Shown: positions 47,170-57,548 of the stretch, piece by piece
Layout of the letters: each line of letters starts with the position of its first letter
How positions within the stretch are numbered: position 1 is the stretch's first letter
Source of the DNA: Candidatus Saccharimonadota bacterium
Lineage (GTDB): Bacteria; Patescibacteriota; Saccharimonadia; Saccharimonadales; Saccharimonadaceae
DNA: 63,840 nucleotides
Direction: 5' to 3'
Assembly (NCBI GenBank): GCA_905372495.1
Contig: CAJPPG010000001.1
Span: 1-63,840, forward strand
Translations under genes and position numbers: made by a program
The notes under the pieces: model-generated
What the model was told of the DNA's origin: nothing
Seen by the model: only the letters and a program-made list of their open reading frames with translations
Database searches by the model: none

Positions 47170-49029
47170 ATGAATGAGTTTCTTAATCAGGTTGTGGAAC
47201 AAGATCAAAATAATGTAGCTGAACAAGATCCTTGGGAGAACATAGCGCAAGAGGTAGGCGAATTTAAAAAAGCCAGGAAAGAAAAAGCTGAAATTTCCGA
47301 GATTAATAAAGAGGTTTTCAAATCGCAATTTAATAAAGGCGACAGAAAAAACATGATTATTCAAACTGCCGAGCGATCGCAGATTTATAGAATCGAGGGG
47401 GCATTAACAGAAGAAAACATAGCCGAAATTAACAAACGTAAGGATAATGCTACTTATATTCTTGATAACACTGCTGGATTAACAAGTGACGTCCTAAGTA
47501 AGATTAAGGCAGATGGTGTATTCTTTAGTATTAAAGGCGGTCTCGACTATGAAAATGTTGATAAGTACAATGATAGTAAATATCAAGAACGAACAATGAT
47601 GTCGCCGAAAGGCCTGGAGAAAGCAGTAGCATATTTCGAACAGGTTGAAAGTGGTATAAACCCAGAATGGAATAATCTGCAAAAGGCAATGTATTGTTAC
47701 GGATGTCTCGCCGATGATATGTCTTATCTCTATGAAGATAAAGAAGCGGACCCCGACGGTATTATGGGGGATGGGCAGGCAGTTCGTGGGCTTAACGGCA
47801 TTCTGTATGGGAAATTAGTTTGTGCCGGTTTTGCTTTCACTTATCAAGAGATGATGAATAGGCAAGGCGTTAAATGTCATTATGGCAACCAAAAAGGTAA
47901 GCATGCATACAATGTGCTTGAAATTGATGATAAATTTTACGGAATTGATGTAACTTGGGATAGTACGCACAAAGGTCCTGATAATAGATGTGATTTTCAC
48001 AATTTCGGACAAGATGAAAACTTTTACCAACGTAACGGTCATCGAAATTATAGTACCGATGGTGTATTCCGATTTTATGATAAAGACGAACAGCAATTCC
48101 AACTGTCGACTCTTACAGATGATGAATTCAGATCGGCATATTCTGGTATTTCCGACGCTTTGAACCGCAGACAATTTGGCGCACCGTATAAAGAATTTGA
48201 ATCAATGTCAAAAGAGGAACGTGAACTTTTTCTTCCGGTAGGTCGCATTGAAAAACAAGTAACTAAAGAATCTGATCAGGAATGTGCTGATTTCGTAGCA
48301 ATGTTTAAAATGCTTCGCCAAGATAAAAGATTGAAGATAGATCAACGTCTCGTAGACGCGGTCAGAGTACGTGTCGCTTTTGTGGATGATATGTCAGGTA
48401 GCGGTGAATATGGACACGGAATGGAAGAAAAATATGGAGTTCAAAACGTCAAAGATTATAGGGGTTTCGTATCTCAAGCTAAAGGAATGAATATTGACTT
48501 TTCATATTTTTCACCAGGTGTAACAGAAGAAAATGTAGTAAATAATCTCAACCAACAATTAACGAATCAAATAATGCAAAAAGTGGTAGGTGCTTACCGA
48601 TCCGCAGACTCAATTTTGAAGGCGTATGATTACGGTGAGAAAAATTCATCCATCGTCGAGGGGGATTCGTATTCTAAATTAATGATGATAGTAGGCGCAA
48701 AAGGTTTACTTATCGAAAGCGGTTTCCCCGAAGACGAAGTCGTTGCTAAATGCGCCGCGATACAGACAAAGCTTGAAGCAGACGACAGTATAGACGCCGA
48801 TCTTGTCCGCAAAAATGGAATAGACTTCTTGAGCGGTGTATTTCAAAATAAAGCTGAAACGAGAAAACACATTGAAACGGTAGAGGGGCGTCCTATTAGT
48901 GATGAAGAATTCGTGCAGAAAAGCACTGACGCAAATTACTTACTTAATTCCGTATATACGAATTTGAACCTTGATGAATATGGACTTTCAATTGATGATT
49001 TTTCGAAGATATTGAAAGGCGAACTTTAA
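47170..49029 (+). CDS. Transglutaminase-like (Cys-His-Asp) domain protein
   Basis: VCAGFA, HAYN, IDVTWD triad motifs. Confidence 0.8.
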   Translation: MNEFLNQVVEQDQNNVAEQDPWENIAQEVGEFKKARKEKAEISEINKEVFKSQFNKGDRKNMIIQTAERSQIYRIEGALTEENIAEINKRKDNATYILDNTAGLTSDVLSKIKADGVFFSIKGGLDYENVDKYNDSKYQERTMMSPKGLEKAVAYFEQVESGINPEWNNLQKAMYCYGCLADDMSYLYEDKEADPDGIMGDGQAVRGLNGILYGKLVCAGFAFTYQEMMNRQGVKCHYGNQKGKHAYNVLEIDDKFYGIDVTWDSTHKGPDNRCDFHNFGQDENFYQRNGHRNYSTDGVFRFYDKDEQQFQLSTLTDDEFRSAYSGISDALNRRQFGAPYKEFESMSKEERELFLPVGRIEKQVTKESDQECADFVAMFKMLRQDKRLKIDQRLVDAVRVRVAFVDDMSGSGEYGHGMEEKYGVQNVKDYRGFVSQAKGMNIDFSYFSPGVTEENVVNNLNQQLTNQIMQKVVGAYRSADSILKAYDYGEKNSSIVEGDSYSKLMMIVGAKGLLIESGFPEDEVVAKCAAIQTKLEADDSIDADLVRKNGIDFLSGVFQNKAETRKHIETVEGRPISDEEFVQKSTDANYLLNSVYTNLNLDEYGLSIDDFSKILKGEL

Positions 49030-49178
49030 ACGGCGTGATCAAGATTATGGTGAACGATAAGGCAACAACACGATTGTAGATATAATCAACGATTAAGCGT
49101 CATCTCCGGAGACTAAAATTGTCAAAAGACTCAGCGAGCCAATGAAAGATTTCTTCAAGTCAAACGGATATAAAACAG

Positions 49179-49361
49179 ATGAATTCGGCGAGTTTTAACG
49201 TGATAAGTGGCGATTCTGTCGAAAAAGACATTTTAGTCCGAAAACTCTACTTGAAACTTGGAATTGATAACAAAAATCGGCTCGCTATCAGATATAGAGA
49301 GCCGTCCAACTTACTAGCACGTAACCATTTAAATAATTCTGGTGCCCGAGACAGGACTTGA
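49179..49361 (+). pseudogene. Probable C-terminal remnant of a site-specific recombinase reading into the tRNA 3' end
   Basis: GDSVEKDILVRKLYLKLGIDN...YREP...SGARDRT*. The ORF ends antisense within the tRNA acceptor/T arm and the upstream sequence is broken by stops. Family recalled by eye. Confidence 0.4.
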
Positions 49362-49425
49362 ACCTGCACCTAGAAACTAGACTAGCACCTGAAGCTAGCG
49401 CGTCTGCCAGTTTCGCCACTCGGGC
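49340..49425 (-). tRNA. tRNA-Leu(CAG)
   Basis: GCCCGAG acceptor stem, anticodon arm CTAGC-TTCAGGT-GCTAG, long variable arm, GGTTCAAGTCC, encoded CCA. Confidence 0.95.
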
Positions 49426-49541
49426 CTGTACAGATTATATCACACTGGCTAAGCTCTCCAGGTTTCTTTAAACACTATTCGGTATAAAATAATAAAGTAA
49501 AGTAAAATTAAAATAGTTTAATATAGATAAAAGAGGAAAAT

Positions 49542-50072
49542 ATGGCTGTCGAAATTGAAGGTAGAATCCCAAATATTAATCCGGAAGAGGTAAAAGCTAA
49601 ACTTCTTGCCATCGGCGCTAAACCACTTGGCTTCTATCATTTTCGGCGTTACGTTTTTGATCCAACCATCGGCGCCCCTCATCGTTGGCTGCGACTGCGC
49701 ACGGATGGCAATAAGACCACTCTCACCTTCAAAGAACTTAATAATGATTCCTTCTCCGGTACTGAGGAGTGGGAAGTCGAAGTCTCAGATTTTGAAACCA
49801 CTTTAGAGATCCTAGAAAATACCGGTATTAAGCACCGTTCTTATCAAGAAAATACCCGTGATGAATATGAATATCATGGCGCCAAACTTTCTATTGACCA
49901 CTGGCCAAAGCTCGGCTACTTACTAGAAATAGAGGTTGAAAAAGAAGAGGATATTCATGAAATCGCTAGTAAGCTCGGCTTTAACTCACAGGACGTCATC
50001 TCAACCGACTTTGCTAGTCTTTATCGAAATATCGGCATTGATGTCAATAATTGTGAAATTATGAAATTTTAG
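49542..50072 (+). CDS. CYTH-domain (class IV adenylate cyclase-like) protein
   Basis: EIEGR start, WLRLR...LTFK, EEWEV.V, LEIE. Confidence 0.88.
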   Translation: MAVEIEGRIPNINPEEVKAKLLAIGAKPLGFYHFRRYVFDPTIGAPHRWLRLRTDGNKTTLTFKELNNDSFSGTEEWEVEVSDFETTLEILENTGIKHRSYQENTRDEYEYHGAKLSIDHWPKLGYLLEIEVEKEEDIHEIASKLGFNSQDVISTDFASLYRNIGIDVNNCEIMKF

Positions 50073-50149
50073 TTATCTCGACAACCTATTATGAACTCTT
50101 GTGTCACCCAGAATTTTTTACCGTAATCCTCTTATGCTATACTAAATCC

Positions 50150-51799
50150 ATGAATAATTTACATTATGATGGACCAATTGTTTTAGCTGTACTTGATGGC
50201 GTCGGCCTCAGGAACGACGAGTATGGAAATGCCGTCGTGCAGGCGCACTCTGAGTTCATTGATCAGCTTTTTGATAAATATCCTTGGATCTCCCTTGAGG
50301 CTTCTGGTGAAGCTGTCGGTATTCTAAAAGGACAGATGGGTAACTCTGAGGTTGGTCATAACGCTCTTGGTGCTGGTCAAATTATCAAACAGGGTATTGC
50401 TAAGATCGAGGATGATTTTAATACTGGCGCTATCTGGCAAACCACCGCCTGGCGCGGCGCCATCGATAACGTTAAGCAAAATCACTCCACGCTGCACTTT
50501 TCTGGTATCTTCTCTGATGGTGGTGTCCATAGTTCAATTTTTCAACTTTTTAAAATGCTTGAACAGGCTCAAAAAGAGGGAATTGAAAAAATTCGTATCC
50601 ACCTTATTCTTGATGGTCGTGATGTTCCACCTCAGTCTGCAGACCACTACATTCAGCTTCTCGAGGATAAAATTGCTGAACTAAAATCCATCTCAGAGCT
50701 GCCTCTCGATTATCAAATCGCCTGTGGTGGCGGACGTATGCTTTTTTTGGCTGACCGCTATGAAGCGGACTGGAGTATTGTGAAAACGGGCTGGAATGCC
50801 ATGGTCTATGGCCAGGCTGACGATTATTTTACTTCCGCTATGCAGGCAGTTAAGGAAAATCGCTCAAAAAATCCAGGCCTGCAAGATCAATATTTCCCAA
50901 GCTTTGTTATCACAGAAGCAGGCCCAGACGGTCAACCTGATAAAAACCGTCCAGTTGGTTTGGTTAAAGACGGCGATAGTTTTATTTTCTATAGTTTCCG
51001 TGCAGACCGCGCCATCGAAACTGCTAAAGCCTTCACTGAGCAAGACTTCCATGGTTTCGACCGTGGCACCGAAAATAATCGCCCTCTCAATGTTTTCTTT
51101 GCTGGCATGACCGAATATGATTCTGATCTTCATCTTCCGGAGCATTGTCTTGTTACTCCGATCACTATTAAAGATCCATTAAACCAAGTTTTGGCTAAGC
51201 ACCAGCTAAATCAGCTTGCCGTCGCAGAGACTGTTAAGTTTGGGCATATCACCTATTATTTTAATGGTAATAGCTACGATAAAATGCCAGGCGAAGATTT
51301 TCTCGAAATTAAATCCGATACCAGACCTTTTAACGAACGGCCTTGGATGAAAGCGGCTGAAATTACTGATGCGGTTTTAGATAAAATGTCCGAAACTGAC
51401 GAATCAGGAAAGCCTAAATACCAATTTATTCGCATTAATTATGCGGGTGGTGATATGGTTGGTCATTTTGGCGAACTCGAGCCTACTATCACTGCCATGG
51501 AGGCTATCGACCTCCAGCTTGCTCGTCTCGCCAAGAAGGTTGATGAACTTGGCGGCATGATGGTTATTACTGCCGACCACGGTAATGCCGAGGAAGTGTT
51601 TGATCCAATTACTAAAAAACCAAAGACATCGCATACTCTCAACCCTGTTCCATGCTGGTTTTATGATAATACTAAAAACGCCACTCTCTATCAGCTAAAA
51701 CAGTTTCATGACGCTGGTTTGTCTAATGTTGCCCCCACTATAGCCAAACTTTTTGGTATTACTGATCTTCCAGCTTCTTGGCGCCGACCTCTAATCTAG
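50150..51799 (+). CDS. gpmI: 2,3-BPG-independent phosphoglycerate mutase
   Basis: LDGVG, GQMGNSEVGH, SDGGVHS, DMVGH, TADHGNAE; start moved to the ATG after the -10 box. Confidence 0.95.
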   Translation: MNNLHYDGPIVLAVLDGVGLRNDEYGNAVVQAHSEFIDQLFDKYPWISLEASGEAVGILKGQMGNSEVGHNALGAGQIIKQGIAKIEDDFNTGAIWQTTAWRGAIDNVKQNHSTLHFSGIFSDGGVHSSIFQLFKMLEQAQKEGIEKIRIHLILDGRDVPPQSADHYIQLLEDKIAELKSISELPLDYQIACGGGRMLFLADRYEADWSIVKTGWNAMVYGQADDYFTSAMQAVKENRSKNPGLQDQYFPSFVITEAGPDGQPDKNRPVGLVKDGDSFIFYSFRADRAIETAKAFTEQDFHGFDRGTENNRPLNVFFAGMTEYDSDLHLPEHCLVTPITIKDPLNQVLAKHQLNQLAVAETVKFGHITYYFNGNSYDKMPGEDFLEIKSDTRPFNERPWMKAAEITDAVLDKMSETDESGKPKYQFIRINYAGGDMVGHFGELEPTITAMEAIDLQLARLAKKVDELGGMMVITADHGNAEEVFDPITKKPKTSHTLNPVPCWFYDNTKNATLYQLKQFHDAGLSNVAPTIAKLFGITDLPASWRRPLI

Positions 51800-51908
51800 G
51801 ATCCTATCGAGCGTGAAGGCTTTAAAAATCGTAGCAAATTATACGCTATATGATATAATCAGCTAAGAAAAAAAAGACAATTTTTTGGTGGGGAATAAAG
51901 GAGCTATT

Positions 51909-52760
51909 ATGCAAAAGATTACGAAAGCAATCATTCCAGTAGCTGGTTGGGGCACTCGTCGCCTTCCAATTACAAAAATTATTGAAAAATCAATGCTTCC
52001 TGTCGGTAACCGACCTCTTGTCGATTATTCAGTACAAGAATTAATTAAAGCCGGCATCACTGATATCTATATGGTCATTAGTAATGTCGAACCCTGCCAA
52101 GTTCAGGAATTCTATCGTGATAACTTAGCTCTTAATGATTATCTAATTGAGCGTGGCAAGGCTGATCGTCTATCTCTTGCAAAGACTCTCCCAGATCATG
52201 TCAAAATTCACTACACTACTCAGGATCCAGCCGGTCGTTATGGCACTGCTGTTCCTATTGCCTTAGTTGTCGAGGAATATAATCTTGACGAACCAGTCCT
52301 TGTCTTTATGGGTGACGATTTTGTTTGGAACCCAGATGGCGAATCCGCTGCTGAATCCCTTATTCGCTCCCTTCAGAGTGAAGATGAATCGGCTATTTTA
52401 GGTGTTGAAATTCCTCGTGAAAAAGTCGACAAATACGGTGTACTCAGCGTAAAAGACGGTAAGCTTGTTGACGTTGTGGAAAAGCCAAGCGTAGAAGAAG
52501 CTCCTTCCAACATGATTAATGTTAGTAAATACATTATGTCTCGCGATCTTTTGCACCGCGTGGTTAATTACGTTAAGGCTCATGACTTCGGTCCACTCGA
52601 TCAGGAATATCTTGTCACCGACCCAATCGACGAATATATCAAAGAAGGTGGCGTCATGCGTGTCGCTCCCACCACTGGTGAATACCTCGACGGTGGTTCT
52701 GTTGAAGGTTGGGTTCATGCCAATAATGTCGTTACCGGCTACCAAGCTAAACAAAAATAA
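51909..52760 (+). CDS. Sugar-phosphate nucleotidyltransferase (GalU-like)
   Basis: KAIIPVAGWGTRRLPITK..EKSMLP, VEKP...APSN. Confidence 0.88.
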   Translation: MQKITKAIIPVAGWGTRRLPITKIIEKSMLPVGNRPLVDYSVQELIKAGITDIYMVISNVEPCQVQEFYRDNLALNDYLIERGKADRLSLAKTLPDHVKIHYTTQDPAGRYGTAVPIALVVEEYNLDEPVLVFMGDDFVWNPDGESAAESLIRSLQSEDESAILGVEIPREKVDKYGVLSVKDGKLVDVVEKPSVEEAPSNMINVSKYIMSRDLLHRVVNYVKAHDFGPLDQEYLVTDPIDEYIKEGGVMRVAPTTGEYLDGGSVEGWVHANNVVTGYQAKQK

Positions 52761-52824
52761 TTAATATACGCCAATTAGGCATCGTAAAAAATATCACCAC
52801 AAGAATATTTTACAAAGGAGAATT

Positions 52825-54375
52825 ATGGCAAAACCTCGTACCTACCAAGAAGAAATTGGTTTAGTTGTTTCAAATATGCGTCGCGAAAAAGGCCTAACTC
52901 AGGCCCAGCTCGCAAACATGATTGGCACATCACAGTCTGCCATTCATCGTATTGAAAAAGGTGACCAAAATACTTCTCTCGAGATGATTAAGAAAGTCTC
53001 TTCAGCTCTTGGCGGCCAGATTCTCTCCATTAACGACTCTTCTTCTCAGTCATTCCGTGTCAATGGTGGTCGCACCCTGAGTGGTACAATCACCATTAAT
53101 ACTTCTAAAAATGCTGCTGTTGGTTTGCTTTGCGCTAGCCTATTAAACCGTGGTCGCACCGTACTTCATCACGTCGCTCGTATCGAAGAAGTCTTTCGTA
53201 TTATTGAGGTTCTAGAGTCAATTGGTGTAAAATGTCGCTGGTTTAATCGCCGTCGTGATCTTGAAATTATCACACCACGTGAATTAAAAATGGACGAGCT
53301 TGATCTCGATGCTGCCCGTAAGACCCGCTCCATTATCATGTTCCTAGGCCCTCTTCTTCATCGCTATCAAAACTTTAAACTACCTTACGCCGGTGGCTGC
53401 TCTCTAGGTACTCGCACTGTCGAACCGCACCTCAAAGCTCTTTCTGCTTTCGGTCTTAAAGTTGATGCCAAATGCAATGCTGGCTTTTATGAGGCAACCG
53501 TCAGTCAGGCTGAACTTCAGAGCGAGGCAAATAAGCGCATTGTTTTGATTGAGCGTGGCGATACTGTAACGGAAAATGTTCTCATGGCTGCCGCACTTTA
53601 TCCAGGCAAGACTACTATCATTGGCGCTTCTCCAAACTATATGGTGCAGGACGTCTGTTTCTTCTTACAAAAACTTGGCGTTAAAATTGAAGGAATTGGT
53701 TCAACCACTCTTGAAGTTGAGGGGCTCGAAAAAATTGATGAGGATGTCGATTATTATCCTAGTGAAGATCCGATTGAGGCAATGTCTTTCATTGCTGCTG
53801 CCCTCGTTACTAAATCCGAAATCACCATCAGTCGTGCTCCTATCGAATTTCTTGAAATCGAGCTTGAAGTACTACGCACCATGCACGCTCGGATTGATCG
53901 CTCAGAAGAATATCGCTCCTTTAATGGCGAAACTCGTCTGGTTGATTTAATGATTCATAAATCCGATCTCGTTGCGCCAACTGATAAGATCCACCCAATG
54001 CCATTTCCAGGGCTCAATATCGACAACCTACCTTTTTTCAGTGTTATTGCTGCTACCGCTAACGGCCGTACTCTTATTCATGACTGGGTCTTCGAGAATC
54101 GTGCCATTTATTCAACTTATCTTTCAAACCTTAACGCTAAAATTGAACTACTTGACGCCCACCGTGTCTATGTTGAAGGTCCAACCAACTGGCATTCTGC
54201 AGAACTCGTTGCTCCTCCAGCTCTCCGTCCAGCCGTTGTTGTCCTGATTGCCATGCTGGCCGCTCCGGGTGTCTCGATTTTACGTAACGTCTACTCAATC
54301 AATCGCGGTTATCAGAACTTTGCTAAGCGCCTCAACCATCTTGGCGCCGATATTCGTCCCGTTTCCGGCATCTAG
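52825..54375 (+). CDS. murA: XRE-HTH fused UDP-N-acetylglucosamine 1-carboxyvinyltransferase
   Basis: N-terminal GLTQAQLA..IGTSQSAIHRIEKG HTH; SKNAA, GGCSLGTR (active-site Cys), FENR, INRGY. Confidence 0.92.
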   Translation: MAKPRTYQEEIGLVVSNMRREKGLTQAQLANMIGTSQSAIHRIEKGDQNTSLEMIKKVSSALGGQILSINDSSSQSFRVNGGRTLSGTITINTSKNAAVGLLCASLLNRGRTVLHHVARIEEVFRIIEVLESIGVKCRWFNRRRDLEIITPRELKMDELDLDAARKTRSIIMFLGPLLHRYQNFKLPYAGGCSLGTRTVEPHLKALSAFGLKVDAKCNAGFYEATVSQAELQSEANKRIVLIERGDTVTENVLMAAALYPGKTTIIGASPNYMVQDVCFFLQKLGVKIEGIGSTTLEVEGLEKIDEDVDYYPSEDPIEAMSFIAAALVTKSEITISRAPIEFLEIELEVLRTMHARIDRSEEYRSFNGETRLVDLMIHKSDLVAPTDKIHPMPFPGLNIDNLPFFSVIAATANGRTLIHDWVFENRAIYSTYLSNLNAKIELLDAHRVYVEGPTNWHSAELVAPPALRPAVVVLIAMLAAPGVSILRNVYSINRGYQNFAKRLNHLGADIRPVSGI

Positions 54376-54394
54376 CTTATGCTATAATCAACAT

Positions 54395-55246
54395 ATGCTA
54401 CAGGTATTCAAACTTCAGAATATCGAAGAATTTATTTCTGAAATCAAAATCTCTAAGCTTATCTTTAGTAGTCTCATTTTGATAGCGGCAATCTTCGCGG
54501 GCGTTTGTTGCCAAATCAATCAAACCGAACAGAACGCGAGTTATGTCAAAAAATATCTTGTCGGCAAAAAAGGTTATTATGCGAATTTGGTTACAAGTAC
54601 CCGTCGTCGGGTGACGGAAAAATACTACGGCACTCAAGCAAAAACTGAGGAGGAGTTTTCTGAGCAGTTTACTACTGATTTTTATAAAAATATCAGCCAA
54701 CTTCAAGACTCCGAGCTTAAAGAAGGTGTGGTTTTTATGCAGTTAAAATATCTCAATGATTATTTTACGGAAATTCTAGAGCAGAGTATTAACCAAGAAA
54801 TCTATATTACACACCTAAACCGTTTTCTTGATCTTAGATTTTCCGGGCAAGAGAATTTTAATAGTATTAAGACTCAGATTAGTAATAGTATGGCTGCCAA
54901 AATCGACCAACTACTCTCTAAGGAGCGTCTCTCAGTTCATCCCGAAGTTCTCGCGAACTTTATCTCGCCCATGGTTGAAGTTTATTATCACCAGCTAATC
55001 TCAATCAGTCATGCTAATACAACTCTCTACCAAACTAACTCCACTCTCCATTTCCTTATCCTCAATCTCCCAATCATCGTCTTCCTAATCTTCTTGATTG
55101 TAGGCTATTTCTTTTATTCAAGCGTTGTTGGTCGCTTGCTTGCCTTTTGTTTTATTCTAATCTTCTTCTTCGCCGCCTTTCTCTTGCAGGCGCCAGTCTC
55201 CAATCACAATATTGACCTGACCTATAGTGATATAATCAAAGTATGA
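54395..55246 (+). CDS. Hypothetical membrane protein
   Basis: Start reassigned to the ATG 6 nt after TGCTATAAT; 1 N-terminal and 2 C-terminal TMs. Confidence 0.65.
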   Translation: MLQVFKLQNIEEFISEIKISKLIFSSLILIAAIFAGVCCQINQTEQNASYVKKYLVGKKGYYANLVTSTRRRVTEKYYGTQAKTEEEFSEQFTTDFYKNISQLQDSELKEGVVFMQLKYLNDYFTEILEQSINQEIYITHLNRFLDLRFSGQENFNSIKTQISNSMAAKIDQLLSKERLSVHPEVLANFISPMVEVYYHQLISISHANTTLYQTNSTLHFLILNLPIIVFLIFLIVGYFFYSSVVGRLLAFCFILIFFFAAFLLQAPVSNHNIDLTYSDIIKV

Positions 55247-57462
55247 ATATTTTTACGGAGGGACTGAATCCTGCTCAGCAGGAAGCAGTAGAGACTTTAA
55301 CTGGGCCACTTTTGATTTTAGCTGGTGCCGGTTCTGGTAAGACTAAAACCTTAACACATCGCATTGCTAACTTAATCTCTCATGGCATTCCAGGAGAGCG
55401 TATTCTAGCTGTCACTTTTACTAATAAGGCCGCCAGGGAAATGCGCGAGCGCTTATGGAGACTACTTCAACAATCTCGTTCAAACGCCTACCTTACTCCA
55501 CAACTTTCCGACGACATCGTCGCAGATAATACTGCTCTCCTTGCTTCTGATTCAACGCTGGGCCAAGATGTAAATCTTGACGGCTTTACCGATCCTCCTC
55601 GTAGCTTTATGTCCTATATGGGGACTTTTCACGGAATCTGTGTCAAAATCTTACGTATCGAACATCAAGCCACTGGACTAGATAAGAATTTCGTTATCTA
55701 CGATACTGATGACCAAATTTCTCTCATCAAACAGGCCATGAAAGACCTTAAAATTGATGACAAGAGTCTGCGCCCAAAGTCTATCCAAGGCACCATTTCT
55801 CATTGTAAGAATATTGGGCAAACTCCAGAGGAGTTTGAAGAGGAAGCATATTATCCGAATCAGGTTAAAGCCGCCAAAATCTTCGCTCGCTATGAGAAAC
55901 TAAAACGCGATTCCTTTGCCTTAGATTTTGATGACCTACTACTTGAGGTTGCTCACCTCTTTGAAAAACATCGTGAAGTGCGTGAACGCTGGCAAAATCG
56001 CTTTGAACATATTTTGATTGATGAGTATCAGGACACCAACCAGATTCAGTATCGTTTAGTTAAGGCCTTAGTTAACCAAGATAGAAATATTTGTGTAGTT
56101 GGCGATGATTGGCAGTCAATTTACTCTTGGCGTGGCGCTGATTTTACAAATATTCTTAATTTTGAACGTGATTTTCCTGGCGCTAAAACCATCAAGCTAG
56201 AACAAAACTATCGTAGTACTGGCAATATTCTGACTGCCAGTCAAAAAATTATTAATCAAAATAAAACCAGAACCGATAAAGAATTATTTACTACAGCTGG
56301 CGATGGGGAGCCAGTTGAAATTCAGTCATTGATGGACGAAACTGCTGAGGCAAACTATGTCGCACTGAAAATTATCAATCTACTTGCAAATTCCAAGACC
56401 ACTATGCAGAACGGTGAATTAATCAAAGATTTTACTAGCTATTCCGACTTTGCAGTTCTTTATCGTACCAATGCGCAATCCTATGCTATTGAAAAAGCCC
56501 TGATTTCTCACCAAATTCCCTACAAGATTATTGGTGGCGTACGCTTCTATGATCGCAAGGAAGTCAAAGATGTCCTGGCGGTTCTAAAACTGATCATTAA
56601 CTTCCATGATCGCATCAGCCTTGATCGAATTTGTCGCAATTTATTATCTGGTATTGGTCCAGCTAGCCTTGAGAAAATTCATACTTTCCTAAATCAATCC
56701 GAAGGCTATGATCAGTCTGCACAAGGGAAAAATAACGCCCTACTTGACACCGGCCTCTCTGATACTCTTTCTGGTAAAGCCAAAAATAGTTTTGCTAGAC
56801 TGCAGAATTTCTTGCGCGATCTTGATCTATCACTCAAGCCGGCCGAAATCACAGAACAGACTATTCATTATTTTGGCTTAGTTGAGTCTCTTCGAGATGG
56901 TACCCCGACTGGTGATGAAAGAGCCGAAAACCTCAATACTATGATTGGCAACGCCAGTGAGTTTGATGCTCTCGAGGATTTTCTTGCTGAAGCCAGCCTT
57001 ATGTCTTCCGCCGATGAACAAACCTCGACCAATTTTGTCACTCTCATGACTATCCATGCCGCCAAGGGTCTTGAATTTCCGGCCGTCTTCTTGGTGGGGC
57101 TTGAAGAGGGTCTTTTCCCGAGCTCTCGCTCTGATGATGAAGAGGCGATTGAGGAAGAACGTCGCTTAGCTTATGTAGGAATGACTAGGGCCAGAAAGCT
57201 ACTTATTTTAACTTACGCCGGTTCCCGTTTTTCGAACGGACAGCGCAGTTATAACATGCCATCACGTTTTCTGATTGAGTTAGGCTATGATCCATATAGT
57301 TCACAAAATGCTTCGCAATCTCATAATTCGTATAACCCGTATGACTCATACAGTCCATATAACTCACATAATTTCAGCGAGTCTAATAACTCTCGCTCTT
57401 TCGACCCATTCAATGATGATATTGAATACGATGAGGTCGACCCCTTTCCAGATGATTTTTAA
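55243..57462 (+). CDS. pcrA: ATP-dependent DNA helicase PcrA/UvrD
   Basis: AGAGSGKT, IDEYQDTN, VGDDWQSIYSWRGA, LEQNYRS, TIHAAKGLEF, EERRLAYVGMTRA. Confidence 0.93.
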   Translation: MNIFTEGLNPAQQEAVETLTGPLLILAGAGSGKTKTLTHRIANLISHGIPGERILAVTFTNKAAREMRERLWRLLQQSRSNAYLTPQLSDDIVADNTALLASDSTLGQDVNLDGFTDPPRSFMSYMGTFHGICVKILRIEHQATGLDKNFVIYDTDDQISLIKQAMKDLKIDDKSLRPKSIQGTISHCKNIGQTPEEFEEEAYYPNQVKAAKIFARYEKLKRDSFALDFDDLLLEVAHLFEKHREVRERWQNRFEHILIDEYQDTNQIQYRLVKALVNQDRNICVVGDDWQSIYSWRGADFTNILNFERDFPGAKTIKLEQNYRSTGNILTASQKIINQNKTRTDKELFTTAGDGEPVEIQSLMDETAEANYVALKIINLLANSKTTMQNGELIKDFTSYSDFAVLYRTNAQSYAIEKALISHQIPYKIIGGVRFYDRKEVKDVLAVLKLIINFHDRISLDRICRNLLSGIGPASLEKIHTFLNQSEGYDQSAQGKNNALLDTGLSDTLSGKAKNSFARLQNFLRDLDLSLKPAEITEQTIHYFGLVESLRDGTPTGDERAENLNTMIGNASEFDALEDFLAEASLMSSADEQTSTNFVTLMTIHAAKGLEFPAVFLVGLEEGLFPSSRSDDEEAIEEERRLAYVGMTRARKLLILTYAGSRFSNGQRSYNMPSRFLIELGYDPYSSQNASQSHNSYNPYDSYSPYNSHNFSESNNSRSFDPFNDDIEYDEVDPFPDDF

Positions 57463-57548
57463 TTCATTAATCGTTCATTCATAGACAAAAAATAGTAAAG
57501 CTTCTATACTTATAAATAATCATAAACAAAATAAAACTGGAAACTAAA

